DNA of 60,799 bases, filler included, from Asterionella formosa (taxonomy: Eukaryota): assembly GCA_002256025.1 (NCBI GenBank). It is 11 parts of 11 records of this genome, joined end to end, with 100 filler letters (N's around TTAATTAATTAA, not from the genome) between each part and the next. Parts side by side here need not be neighbours in the genome. Positions count along the whole stretch, not along the records: positions 22,182 to 27,620 come from NKIB01013067.1; positions 27,721 to 33,155 come from NKIB01013068.1; positions 33,256 to 38,689 come from NKIB01013069.1; 8 more parts are not named here. One strand, 5' to 3'. Positions 24,151-36,229 of this stretch are shown in pieces (position 1 is the first letter of the stretch; each line of letters starts with the position of its first letter). A program made the position numbers and the translations under genes. The notes under the pieces were generated by a model that ran no database searches, was not told the DNA's origin, and was given only the letters and a program-made list of their open reading frames with translations.

Positions 24151-25029
24151 GTAGTACTCTCCAACGGCCTACATATACGCACACAAATCTACATCCCAGT
24201 ACCAGGTAGTAACCGACGAACCTGTCGCCCTTGTTGACTCCCGTAGGCAGACGATGCATATATTGCTTCTACAGCGGAGAACTGATACTCCGAGTAACCG
24301 TAAAATGAAACTCCGAGTAACTTCAGTAAAATGATACTTCGAGTATACATTTTCTACAGGGTTGTTGATGACTCGAGGGCTGGTACCTACAGATGTCTAG
24401 CTAGAATTTAAGATACCGGTACTTACACTCAGCGAGGGATCAGTTACCTACCGGTAGGCAGTAAGTAGACTACTCACTCTGTGATACGAATACAATCGCT
24501 TACTGCGTCAATTCTTGAAAATTTGTTGGGGCCATTTTGTTGACTCCTCCGATTTTCTCCGGCTAAATCGCCCTAATGTATATCTTGTGCTAATATACAT
24601 TTGATCAGGTCATTTCAGCTGAATTTTTCTACAAAGCTATGATCACATGATCACTACATAGAAATCTGGTTAATAATTTTGTAAGTGTCTGAATGTTACC
24701 ACATTTATGACAATTCATGTTTGGTTGTCATATAGACTTCTACAGAGAAGGCAAATGACATGGGCATGCCTATATCTCATTGGGGACTTTTATATTATGT
24801 ATCCATCAGCCAGTCCAAAACAAAATTTAAAACAGTACACACCACCTGTCACTCAAATCACCAAAATGCCAAAGACAAAAAAGAAACAATGAATTTTCAA
24901 CATCAAAGACACTGAAGCACTTTATTATACTCAGGTGGTCATCCAACACAACATGTTGGCATTGTTAGCTTCAGCAAGTTATCAAGGCAAAGCAACAATA
25001 ATGGAAAGCTCTCATACAGAACCATCACT

Positions 25030-25910
25030 AAAATGATGAAGGGTGGTTCAGAAGGTATGCTTGGTGCCTTGTCTGAAAAATTCGACTACTGGTTAAAAAA
25101 GCAAGACAGGGCTAGTGCTGTCACCAAGCTGACCATTCTATCAGGAGATTCTCAGCTGGCAGACAATACCTTGGGATTATATTACTATTCATGTAGTAGT
25201 ATAACATCTACTTTGACAAGAAGAGAGAAGTATGATGACATACCAGGAGAAGATGATAGTAATTCATTCAGAGGGGATCCAACATTGTCTAAACAACTGC
25301 TGGGATCATAAGGGTACTGGAGAAGATTCATGTGTTGCAATTGGCTTCAAGTGAAGGCAAAGGAAGGTGTCAAACTCTATGGGGAAAATGGACAGACTGG
25401 TGTATGTTCATTATAGAATGTTGAGCAGATGAATACAGATGTGTACAAAGAAAATGTTTACAAAGAAATCTTCAAGATGGGTATTGCAGAAAAGCTAGAT
25501 GAAGAAGTGTAGTTGAATAAATCAGGAGGTGATGTTTCAAAGGAGGAAGAAGCCCTGGGAATAAAAAAGTAGCTACACCTTTACAATGCATCCCACCAAG
25601 CTCATAGTGGTTGATGAAGTCGGAAGTAAAACCATCCCAGTTGAGCAAAAGATGGAGAGAAGGGGGTGAGAAAGTATTATGTATTGGAACAGCTGCAAGG
25701 CCTCAACCACAAAGTGCAATAAAGGATAGGCATTTTACAGTCTTTTGATTTATAGCTGCCAAAGGAACTTCTGCAATGTGTGCAATCATTTTTGCTGCCA
25801 AAGAAGTTGAACTTAATTGAGTACAGTGGCTAAACTCTTTTGTGGAATGGAATGGCAATGAGAATGATTTTAAACTAAACATTGGTAAATGAAAACAATA
25901 CTCCAACAAA
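25030..25910 (+). mobile_element. Decayed pogo/Tigger-like (DDE_1-type) transposase relic
   Basis: Interrupted frames read HPTKLIVVDEVGSKT and RPQPQSAIKDRHFTVF*FIAAKGTSAMCAIIFAAKE. This matches the first catalytic Asp (DExG) and the TV....A.G......IF motif of pogo-like transposases. Confidence 0.68.
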
Positions 25911-25990
25911 TGCAAAACATGTGCCCTCTTTGTACTACTGTTTGTAACCAGGAAGCATTGCTGTTTTTCGAATGCTATGAAAATTCCGAG

Positions 25991-26154
25991 GACAAGACTC
26001 CTACTCCTGAGTTATTATATTTTCCCATTGCATTTGTTCTTTGTCCTGTGACACCAGAAGTCATCATAGTATCATACATGTGCCATTCATTGTTCGCAGT
26101 TTCTATTCATTTTGATGCTATAAATGCTTGCCAATAGCTGGAGTAGGAATTGGC
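25991..26154. mobile_element. Possible short MITE with TIRs related to the 1.38-kb element
   Basis: The right end ATAGCTGGAGTAGGAATTGGC matches ATAGCTGGAGCAGGAATTGC of the larger element. The left end CAAGACTCCTACTCCTGAGTTAT is a degenerate inverse of it. Confidence 0.45.
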
Positions 26155-26457
26155 AATTCAATTCAATGTAATATGGCTGGAGTTTTCTGTTGTCACAAAA
26201 TATTACTAATATTGTCCAAGAAAGCTTGTAAAATGTTTCTAACATTCTGTATCATTTGCATGATATGCCAAATGTTCTTTCAGTAAGGTTGATAAAAATA
26301 ATATGTATACATCCATGCCATGAATTAAATCACAAGCATGTGTGCCATGCAGAAGACACTTTCTTCCTTGCTTACTTAATCATTTTCGATTTTCCTCCTC
26401 AAGAATACATTATAATGTGTACATCATATGATATAAAATATAAAATATACTTTACAA

Positions 26458-27087
26458 TCAACAATATTTATCACTCGTTTTCTTGGTCCGGAGTTTCAAT
26501 ATATCACTCCTTGATTTGTTAATTGCAACAGTCACACGTTGGATGCGATAGCTTCCATGATTTGTTTTTTCTCGATATACTACTTCTTGTTGTTCATCAT
26601 TCGTTTGAGTACTTGTGATGTCAACATTTTCATCATGATGTTGAGCTGGTCGTTGTAGTTTTGGTTTCTTGATTATGAAAAAGGGAGTTTGAGTGTTCAA
26701 ATCACTAGAGAGAGCAGATGAAATACCACATGATGTATTGGACAATCTCATTGTGACAACTCTAGTTTGATCCATCATAACCATGGCATCACCTGCTGCC
26801 AATTCCGTTTCAAATTTTGTCCCAATCCCAGTAACGACTGTGCCCGATGTCATGACGAAACCAGTCCCAGGGAGTAATAGTGGTAGGGTAGATGAAGTAT
26901 TAGAAGTATGGTTGCTTTTGTTGTTGTTGTGTGATTGCAATGACGTGATGATAGTGGGTGTGGGTTGTGATGGATTTTTGTCACTGCTACCACTATTCCC
27001 GTCGATTGCGATTTGGTTCCTCTTCTTGTTCGATTTTTTCTTTTTAGGAGCTGCATCTCCCTTGAAGGTTAGTAGACCACGTCCCAT
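26458..27087 (-). CDS. Conserved-looking nuclear protein with FRG1-like N- and C-termini
   Basis: Intact 209-aa ORF from ATG 27087. The N-terminus LTFKGDAAPKKKKSNKKR is NLS-like. The C-terminus DILKLRTKKTSDKYC resembles the FRG1 end LLDRRAKLKADRYC. The centre is a beta-rich domain, GTGFVMTSGTVVTGIGTKFETELAAGDA. Confidence 0.75.
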   Translation of the reverse strand: MGRGLLTFKGDAAPKKKKSNKKRNQIAIDGNSGSSDKNPSQPTPTIITSLQSHNNNKSNHTSNTSSTLPLLLPGTGFVMTSGTVVTGIGTKFETELAAGDAMVMMDQTRVVTMRLSNTSCGISSALSSDLNTQTPFFIIKKPKLQRPAQHHDENVDITSTQTNDEQQEVVYREKTNHGSYRIQRVTVAINKSRSDILKLRTKKTSDKYC

Positions 27088-27720
27088 GATGATCGATAGA
27101 TGGGTCGATGATCGTATGTTGCAGTACTTGTTTTCTGATTGAAACAATAACAAGTTCGTCCGAAGGCAGCACACAATGAAACTGTTAGTACGTTTTGACG
27201 ATAATTAGAATGAAAAGAGGCCGTCGTGATGGTGTCGAAACAAGAATACCGGAAACATGATAAAAAAAGAGCAAAACCCATATTCTCTGCTGTTGCTTTA
27301 CTAAATGATTGTACCAGGTACCACCTACCGGTATAAATCTGAGAACAGGATACAACTGAACGCACATACCTACCTGTCTTCGTATACCGCCCGGTATCAT
27401 GATACGCACATCTATTCATTCATTTACCGGTATACATGATGCTCAATTCATATTCATACATGAAGTTAAAAAATACAGATGGAGTTCGAAGGAGGCCGAC
27501 GGCGAGGCTAAAATTATTTATATCGGTATATACATGAATATATATAAACAATGAAATATTAAATATCATATAAATTTAGAGAACCTCTATACCGAACAAC
27601 AAGCAATGTTCTTCAGTAACNNNNNNNNNNNNNNNNNNNNNNNNNNNNNNNNNNNNNNNNNNNNTTAATTAATTAANNNNNNNNNNNNNNNNNNNNNNNN
27701 NNNNNNNNNNNNNNNNNNNN

Positions 27721-27900
27721 TGTATATAGGGTTAGTGTTATATCATATATGTATAAGAACTCAATAATGAGAGAACTCGACTAACCCTCATTGTATACTT
27801 TGGTGTCGACTTGGAGAACGAGTTACACACAAGGATTAACAAATAAGCTCATATATTCAACAAATTCTACTACTTCTAGTTAGATACTTCACCAGGTACC
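27721..27900. repeat. Dispersed repeat, possibly a short solo LTR; direct homolog at about 56212-56398
   Basis: TGTATATAGGGTTAG...TTGTATACTTTGGTGTCGACTT...TCAACAAAT...CTACTTCTAGTTAGATACTTCA is shared between contigs 6 and 11. Confidence 0.8.
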
Positions 27901-28696
27901 CTTTTAGAGTACTGGTAAATACGCACACGACCACCCTGGTACCATGGAACCCATACGCACTGTAGTACATATAAATGTACACGAGACTGATCATGATGAG
28001 TGCGTGATGCTATACACATGGCTACTATTATGTAGCTCGTAGTACAAATTGCATTATGTACCCACAGCTATATGTTACGTGATAACTATTGGAACAGATG
28101 TACGTATAGAATAGACGCACAAATGCTGGTAGATAGACTAATCGTGAAGCTGACAATTACCCAGAACCTACCGTACTTGTTTAATCATGACAACCGTAGG
28201 GCAGACAGAACTGGCCGTTAGGAAAAATGTGGACCAAAGATTTACGTACAGAAAGTATCATCATATGTTCCACATTTTTCTGTACCTGGTATGTACGACC
28301 AGCAATCTACTTCTACCGGTATAAGAAATGCATATCAACATTCCATGTGTCATGAATTGCACTGCCCATGGAACACGACAATCCTCGGGTTCCCATGACT
28401 TACCGCATCAGCACAACAAGTGTTTCAAATAATATTTGTATAAGAAATTAGAGTACCTGCAAGTTGCAGCCATTTTGCTGAAATGGACAACATGACACAG
28501 GACAGGCACTCAAAACGAATAAATAGAGAACGTCATCATCTCTCTCTTTGAGTCGACAGTATCAGGACTTGTTAGTGATGTAAATAATTATTTTGTCTAA
28601 ACACGGAAATTTCAAAACGAGGCAAATATAAGATAACAGATAACAATTTTTAGCCTTTTTGATCTTACTTTTACCCTAAGTACGAGGTGACAAGAA

Positions 28697-29195
28697 TAGA
28701 TACAAATGTCACCTTGTTTGTACAAGAACGTGTTCTAGCCTAACTACGAGGTGACAATAGATACCAATGTCACCTGCTTATTTGTACAAGAACGTGTTAT
28801 TGCGTCCCCTCCATCACCAATAGATACCAATGTCACCTTGCTTTTTTATACAAGAATGTGTTATTGCGTACCCTCCATCACCTTTAGATATACCAATGTC
28901 ACTCTCTAACCCTAATTCTAACCCTATCCCTATGATGGACATGATTCAAATTCAAATCAATCGTATACATAGTACTACGTTTACATACAAAATTATCTGG
29001 GCGACATACCAGTATATAGGTATCACTATGATGCACATGATTTACATTCAAATCAATTGTATCCCAGTACGTATGTTACATGCAAAATATCTGTGCAACA
29101 TACCAGTATATAGATATCCCTATGATGGGTATGATTTAAATTCAAATCGATCGTATACGTACATTTACATAAAAAATATCTGTGCAACAAATCGG
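28697..29195. repeat. Two adjacent degenerate minisatellites (about 62-bp unit x3-4, then about 95-bp unit x3)
   Basis: AGATACCAATGTCACC..TACAAGAACGTGTT recurs at about 28697, 28759, 28821 and 28886. TATCCCTATGATG..CATGATT..ATTCAAATC..CAAAA.ATCTG.GC.ACATACCAGTATA recurs at about 28925, 29021 and 29115. Confidence 0.8.
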
Positions 29196-30729
29196 TACCA
29201 GTACAGTGGAGGATACAAATACACAGTACCAGTACTCACACACAAGTAGTCTCGTATGCGCATGATATTCATATATGAATATCTATTATGTCTTCTCAAC
29301 AATAGATAGGTACAGATATGTACATATACTCATGTACGACTGTCTTTATGCAACACGCATGATTCAAATTCAGATTGAGCGATTGCTGATCATGGTTGCA
29401 GCCAGTGACAGTAAACATACAAAAATACATGTATTTATATATTAATACTCAGCTACAATATTCTCTATGACAATAAATATTACACATATTAGATGATAAA
29501 TCGAATTTATTTGATCATATGATCGTCAGTATAAGATGCATCACATGAATAAGATTTTTTCTATTTGCAGACGTTGTGAGGGGTTTCTTGCCTCATTTTT
29601 GGGCATCCAAATTGACAGGTCATCGCTTACTAGTTCCCTAAAATTAACACAACTGGGACTTATCACTTGGATGTTAGAAACTATTGGTCTTGTTCATGGG
29701 TCTTCCTCACCTACTCGGTCCCCTACACTTTTTGCACAAAAGTGTCCGAAAATGCACAATGAGTTAGTCCTGAGAATTCATGATTACTTTTTTTGACTAA
29801 ATATGTAGCAAATCAATAATAATTTCTATCAATGATAGAATATTTCTCTAAATAAATAATAATTGACTCTTTTTGCTTACTAAAATGAAAATCGAAAATA
29901 TAAACAATTTTTGTATTATCATCGAAATCATCAGTAAATAGGGGTTGGTTTCATGACATACTGGGGGTACTTGCTGCATTATAATGTCATGCCCAGCTAA
30001 ATGCTGTTACCCGGTGCAGTAATACCAGTATGCTTAGACAATGCTCATGACATCCATGTTGCTTGCGATACTACGGTGTGTGAAGATGGTCTGTACCAGG
30101 TACCAGGTACAGCTCTATGGACAGTACCGGTAGTTTAGTAGCTAATAGAGTACCAGGAAATAGTAGTACTGCCTGTCTGGTACCAGTAACGGCGATATGT
30201 TGTGCATCTCAACCTATGCATGGTTTCATATCCCTATATAGGACTACCGGTACCAGTTCAAATTATACTAATATATATACCAGTGTATAATTTATGTTTC
30301 TCATAGCTACATAAGCAATTTTGATTTGTACTGCTGTCGTAGGGGGACGATGAGACAGCAACTCCGTCTTGACCATGACGAAATGATTGCACCGAATATC
30401 TCCACGAAAATTGACAATGAACTATTGCTATTTCGTAGGTATATATAGCCTAGCATAGAAGAGATAATCGTTCAATAATTAATTTTTTCTGCACCAATTT
30501 CGACAAAGAAAATAGAAATTACCGCTAGAATTTGTTTTCGTCGTCGTTTGCTCAGTTTTCAAGATATGAACAAAGTAGCGACAGTTTTGAGTCCGCAGTG
30601 ACTAGCTTTCTATCGTTTGTACAAATAGATGAGAAATCTTGAGCGACAGTAATTTCGGAGAGAGCACAACATCTCAAAATGCAAGAAAATACCTCAATAC
30701 ATAATTTTGTACTGTCTATCATGTATGTA

Positions 30730-30940
30730 CATCTAAGCCGCGAAATACGCCACTTTTCGAAATTTGTTCCACGTAGGAGTGCTAATTATGTGGTACTTCA
30801 CATGAATTAATGCTACTCTTCCCATAGAAAAGGTTACTTTTAACGGTTTCATGTGAAGTTTTAATGGTTTCATGTGAAGATTTCACAAAAAGCTTTGAAC
30901 TCAAGGCTAAATTAGTTTATGTTTCAAATAATTCATTTCA
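30730..30940. repeat. Transposon-like terminus starting CATCTAAGCCGCG; inverted homolog at 55376-55586, related terminus at 38563
   Basis: CATCTAAG(C/A)CGCGAAATACGCCACTTTTCGAAATTT...TTTCATGTGAAG x2 is shared with the reverse complement of the start of contig 11. Homology starts sharply at CATCTAAG in three contigs. Confidence 0.8.
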
Positions 30941-31917
30941 AAGTTCAACTAAGTCCTGCTCTTGGTGAGGCTAATTCATTTACGACATGCATCTTCCTTT
31001 GTGAAATAGTAAGGATATTTGTGGGTCTTAATTCATGCTACAGTGGTGTCTTAATTCAGCTACATTGTATGGTTGTGCACTTCACGTAAATAATATTTAC
31101 TATTATACTGAACAAGATAACTTGTCGTGGTTTCATGTGATGGTTCACAATCATACGGTTATTTCCAAAGCAGGAATAGTTGATGTTACAACTAAATATT
31201 TTAAAAGTTGAAGATATATTTTTTAGCGGATAAATAATTGCAAAAGACAACTTCACTACTTATTGTTTGATTGCAATCTGCCCTTATTTGATTGAGAAAA
31301 ACGGAGTGAAATGGATCTCGAGAAATATCGCGACATGATTCGTGATGTAAGCAACAACCAACCCTAATGAGGACAAAACAGGTACGGAACGAATCATTTA
31401 ATATTGAATTTGAAATACTTGACTAAATATCTATTCGAATTAGTGTGTTTTATCGACTGCAAATCTTCGGAGTGCTATCGGGCATGAATTGATGGAGAAA
31501 ATCGAAGCGATGTTGTTGTCAGCAACTGGGTGCATGAAGCATATCAACAATTATCCTTACCATCGATATTGTCATCATCCAAAATGAATTCTCTTATTCA
31601 TTTACATAAAGTATATTTCGTATGAATTCTAAAGATACAAAATATATGAATAACATACCTGTATTGCGAAGATGTCTGGAATGGCATCGTGATGCTGAGT
31701 GTGTTGACCTCAGCTAATGAATAGGGTATGGTACTACCAGGTATCAGGTACCTGGGACCTTGTACCAGTATAGAAGGCCTACACAGGGCTATGATACATA
31801 CTACCAGTACCAGGGTCTTTTGACCCTGCACTCAGACATACTAACAAATAGCTATACTGTATGGTATCACCAGGTACTCCTGGCTGGTAGGAACCAGGTC
31901 GTTGTTACAAGTGTGAG

Positions 31918-32102
31918 ACTGTAGGTTTGCCCTACCAGTATTTCCGTCTTCCCATTCTTGTTACAATAGGAATTATGCCGTTCGTCCTGTGAAACTGTAC
32001 TCATTTCTACGTACATACTGTGGAACTGTAGGTTGCTTTGCCCTACCAGCATTCCCGTATTCCCCATGTTGTTACAATAGAATGTGGCGTTCGTACTGTG
32101 AA
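31918..32102. repeat. Degenerate tandem duplication (about 107-bp period)
   Basis: ACTGTAGGTT..TGCCCTACCAG.ATT.CCGT.TTCCC..TTGTTACAATAG..CGTTCGT.CTGTGAA at about 31918 and 32025. Confidence 0.75.
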
Positions 32103-33255
32103 TAAATTAAGAGTAACCATTGGCTGTGTCCTCTCCTTCTTGTCATATTTGTTTTAGGTCACACTTGTAGCATCAGAATTTGTCCTGACGAAGTAAGACT
32201 GCTCCAGGTTTTTTCGTGTAGATTGTATGTTCTGTTGTTACAAAGATGAACTCATGGCTGCGCCAGGATTTTTGACCCCCTCTGAATTCATAAAGACAAC
32301 ATTTAACCACCACTGTGCACAATATGTTTTCAACATGGGGACGACCCTGAAAACCAGCATCCCCCTTCTAGCTTTTCAGCGCCTCACCATTAACAAATCC
32401 TTCATCAGCCAAGAACTCACATGTGAAGTGGAATTGCCCTCAACTCTCACAACATCATACCGGTTGATTGTTGGGTTTAGGTAGCAGCTTGGAGGTGATG
32501 GAATTGCTCCCGTTGTCCTCCCCCATGTGGCAAACAAACTGAGGTACCCCCTAACAGTAAGTGACAACCAGCAGAACGGATATTGAAGCACATCTTGCTT
32601 TGTCAACCAGAATCTCACTCCAGTTTTCCATTTTCATCCCTACTCTTTCTTGCGGAAACAGCTATAACGATAATGCAAGGAATGGGTTAAATTGCAAGAA
32701 AACCCAAGTAATCAAAGTCCAAGAAATATCCTTCAAGGCTGATATCGGCAATCAGACAAGGAACCAATTGGCGAAGATTTCAAGGAGCACTACAATCAAC
32801 TGAGCAGCAGGGACAGGGGAAGCAACAGACAGGTAGTTGAATGGACAGCTGTAGTGATGGAGGTGTGCAATTTACAGATGGATTGTTGGGAGATCAATTT
32901 TTGGAAATGCCATTGCAATCAAATGGCCTACATATCCACCAAAGTGCTTCAAAACACATAATAGTATCTAAGCATTAATTCCTATAGTTTATTATCATGA
33001 TACCTGTTCATTAGTTCACCAACACAACCAAAAACACCACCATTGTTGATCACTGGTTGATTTAACATTGCTAGTGGTTTCTCATGCTACATTGTGCTCA
33101 AGGGGTATCTCAATGACCGATTTCTCCAAAATAAGCAAGGAGTAAAATAAACTATNNNNNNNNNNNNNNNNNNNNNNNNNNNNNNNNNNNNNNNNNNNNT
33201 TAATTAATTAANNNNNNNNNNNNNNNNNNNNNNNNNNNNNNNNNNNNNNNNNNNN

Positions 33256-34772
33256 AGACTTGTGCGAGCTCTACTAGTCTCGGTCGTAACCCTTGTTGGA
33301 ATTGTAGTCGGCGACAATGAAGGTGCACTACTGGGTGAGATACTCGGAGTGGTGGTTGGTGAGATGCTGGGGGTACTGCTAGGGCGACTGCTGGGCGCAC
33401 TAGTGGGTTTCATGGATGGAATGGACGATGGCAACAGAGTTGGCACCCCGCTAGGAATGCTGCTGGGTGTTCTTGTAGGAGAGCCACTGGGGGCATCACT
33501 TATAGTTTCGGTGGGTTCGACACTCGGCATTGACGATGGGTTTGCTGATGGTGCACTAGATGGAGCGTTACTCGGACTTTCAGAAGGTAAGCCACTGGGG
33601 GTACTGCTTGGTGTTCCAGTAGGGATCAGCGATGGAGCAGATGATGGGGATGTAGAAGGGGCATTGCTGGGTGTACTGCTGGGAACAGTGGATGGTGCAC
33701 TAGATGGACTGCTACTAGGAGTTTCAGAAGGTGAGCCGCTGGGGGTACTGCTCGGTGTACTCGTAGGAGAGCCACTGGGGGCATCACTTATAGTTTCGGT
33801 GGGTTCGACACTCGGCATTGACGATGGGTTTGCTGATGGTGCACTAGATGGAGCGTTACTCGGACTTTCAGAAGGTAAGCCACTGGGGGTACTGCTTGGT
33901 GTTCCAGTAGGGATCAGCGATGGAGCAGATGATGGGGATGTAGAAGGGACATTGCTGGGTGTACTGCTGGGAACAGTGGATGGTGCACTAGATGGACTAC
34001 TACTAGGAGTTTCAGAAGGTGAGCCGCTGGGGGTACTGCTCGGTGTACTCGTAGGAGAGCCACTGGGGGCATCACTTATAGTTTCGGTGGGTTCGACACT
34101 CGGCATTGACGATGGGTTTGCTGATGGTGCACTAGATGGAGCGTTACTCGGACTTTCAGAAGGTAAGCCACTGGGGGTACTGCTTGGTGTTCCAGTAGGG
34201 ATCAGCGATGGAGCAGATGATGGGAATGTAGAAGGGACATTGCTGGGTGAACTGCTGGGCATAGTGGATGGTGCACTAGATGGACTGTTGCTAGGGGTTT
34301 CAGAAGGTGAGCCACTGGGGGTATTGCTTGGTGTTCCACTAGGGCTCGGAGATGGAGCAGGTGATGGGAATGTAGATGGGGCATGACTGGGTGTACTGCT
34401 GGGAGTAGTGGAGGGTATGTCACTTGGCTGATCAGATGGATGGGCACTGGGTTGACTAGTGGGAAGCATTGTTGGGAATTCTGAGGGCGAGGTAGATGGA
34501 TGGCCACTAGGGAATCCGCTAGGGGTGGAGCTGGGTGATTCGGTAGGCTTGAATGTTGGCGACAACGATGGGGATGGTGAAATTTCAGTGCTGGGAGCTA
34601 TGCCGCTATTACTTGCGTCCTGCAAGATCCTTTGGAGGGGTTCACGAAGCCACTTCCTTTGCACTGTGTCTACGACATCCAGGTTAGGTGTTCTCTTCCC
34701 TTGCACGTTTGGAACCAAAGGAATAGTCAGAAGCAAAATGTACGATAGCGTTGCAATTGCTGGTGCCTTCAT
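33256..34772 (-). CDS. Secreted Pro/Ser/Thr-rich (PSxxPS) mucin/extensin-like protein with three 96-aa repeats; 3' end cut off by the contig edge
   Basis: ATG 34772 starts a signal peptide (MKAPAIATLSYILLLTIPLVPNVQG), followed by an RxL-type site (QRILQ) and then PSxxPS repeats. The 288-bp period is visible at 33481, 33769 and 34057. Confidence 0.88.
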
Positions 34773-36229
34773 TTTCAAGAATTCTGGTCAAGGCGGAAGT
34801 TGCCTTTAATAATTTTGTGACAGTAGTTACATTTTCAACAATGAGGTCAACCTCAATCGTGGCTATGGGCAATTGATGTTTTTGGAGCGACATTTGTTTT
34901 TTGTCCAAAGATTTCCGTTTTTGCCTCAACGCATCAACGGAAAATTTTTTATCAACCTCTAAATTGATAATAGTCTCTAGGGTATACTTCTGCGCATCTG
35001 GGCTTATATTGACCAAAGATGCACAACACCTTTGTTAGGGGACTCGCAAAGAGGGCATAATTATCACATTAATTTTTCATTTGGAGCATGAGCATCCCCT
35101 TCGCCTCTATTCGCGGTACAAGGTACCAGGTGCACGACATGAGACATCCTGCGAGTTTTGTCATTAACGCCGGACAAAAAGCTCCTGGATTTCATCATAC
35201 GCACAAATACTTTAGAATTTCTACACCTCCTATAAAAGCAAAGGAGAATTTATACTTTTGGCGGTGTTTTACCTAGCAAAGGCAATTAGTTTTCAAATCG
35301 ATTTCATACCTGCGTGCAATTCGTTCACTCATGAAGTGAGATGATGTTGCTGGCAAGCATACTGTAGGAACGGGCTGTCAGCATAGTTTTTTTGTGTTTG
35401 CTCTCTGCTCTGAATATAGATGCTAGCAAGTCAATATTCAAATATCATGCACGTTTGCTCTCACAAACAATGCATTGAGTTCTGCTGAAAGTACCTCGAA
35501 AATGAGTGCAGGTAAAAGCTCGCTCATATTGTGATATTTCCACTCTTAGTTTCAGGATAATTCTCAACTGGATGCGTTTCTACAAGGCTTTCGTCGCAAT
35601 CTTGTCGTTCTTATGTGAGGATTACTGCTGTTCACATCGGGATGAATGCAACTGTCGGTGACTTCCTTTTTCAATTCCTTAATCCGGAACGAACCAACTG
35701 CATTTGTTTGTGCAGACTAACTTTCGGACTACGTTTTCCATTCATGGTGAACAGCGAAGGACAATGTATTTGTTGAGTCAATGCAATTTTCATGGAAAAA
35801 ATGGAAATATTCAGATCAAGGGTCTGAGCAACTAATGTTGGATTCAACTGTAATGGGTCTTGTCGTTTGATAAAATGAAAAACCAGCAGGAGTGAAACCA
35901 TTCTGACTATTTAATGGCTTTATATGTCAGAACGATGCATTTATTAAAATGTATTTGCAATACAATCTATATAAATGGCTCTTGGCGCATCAGGCCGAGA
36001 TCAGGTAATACATACATTGTAGATCCTATGCCCTGGTGGTTTGCTTGATGATCGGAACATTCTTTCTCTTGACAAATGCACTAAACAAATAGCCCTCTGC
36101 GCCTAGATTGAGTAAGGGAATAGCCAACTCGGCCATTCCAGAAACCAATGCAGACTCAGATCTTGATAGGATTCCAGAAAAAAATATAGAAGCGTTCAAC
36201 ATTTTTATTCAAACGTTGAATCAACTGGG

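Noticed and set aside
23982..24486. Possible gypsy-like solo LTR (TGTCAC...GTGATA, internal ACTCCGAGTAA repeats)
   Set aside because: The end is imperfect, there is no TSD and no second copy in the window.
28697..29195. CRISPR-like array
   Set aside because: The units are degenerate whole-unit tandem copies without unique spacers, the context is eukaryotic, and there are no cas genes.
33262..34386. 374-aa Gly/Leu/Val-rich plus-strand ORF (also 49867-50430)
   Set aside because: These are antisense shadows of the Pro/Ser/Thr repeat genes, which have the signal peptides.
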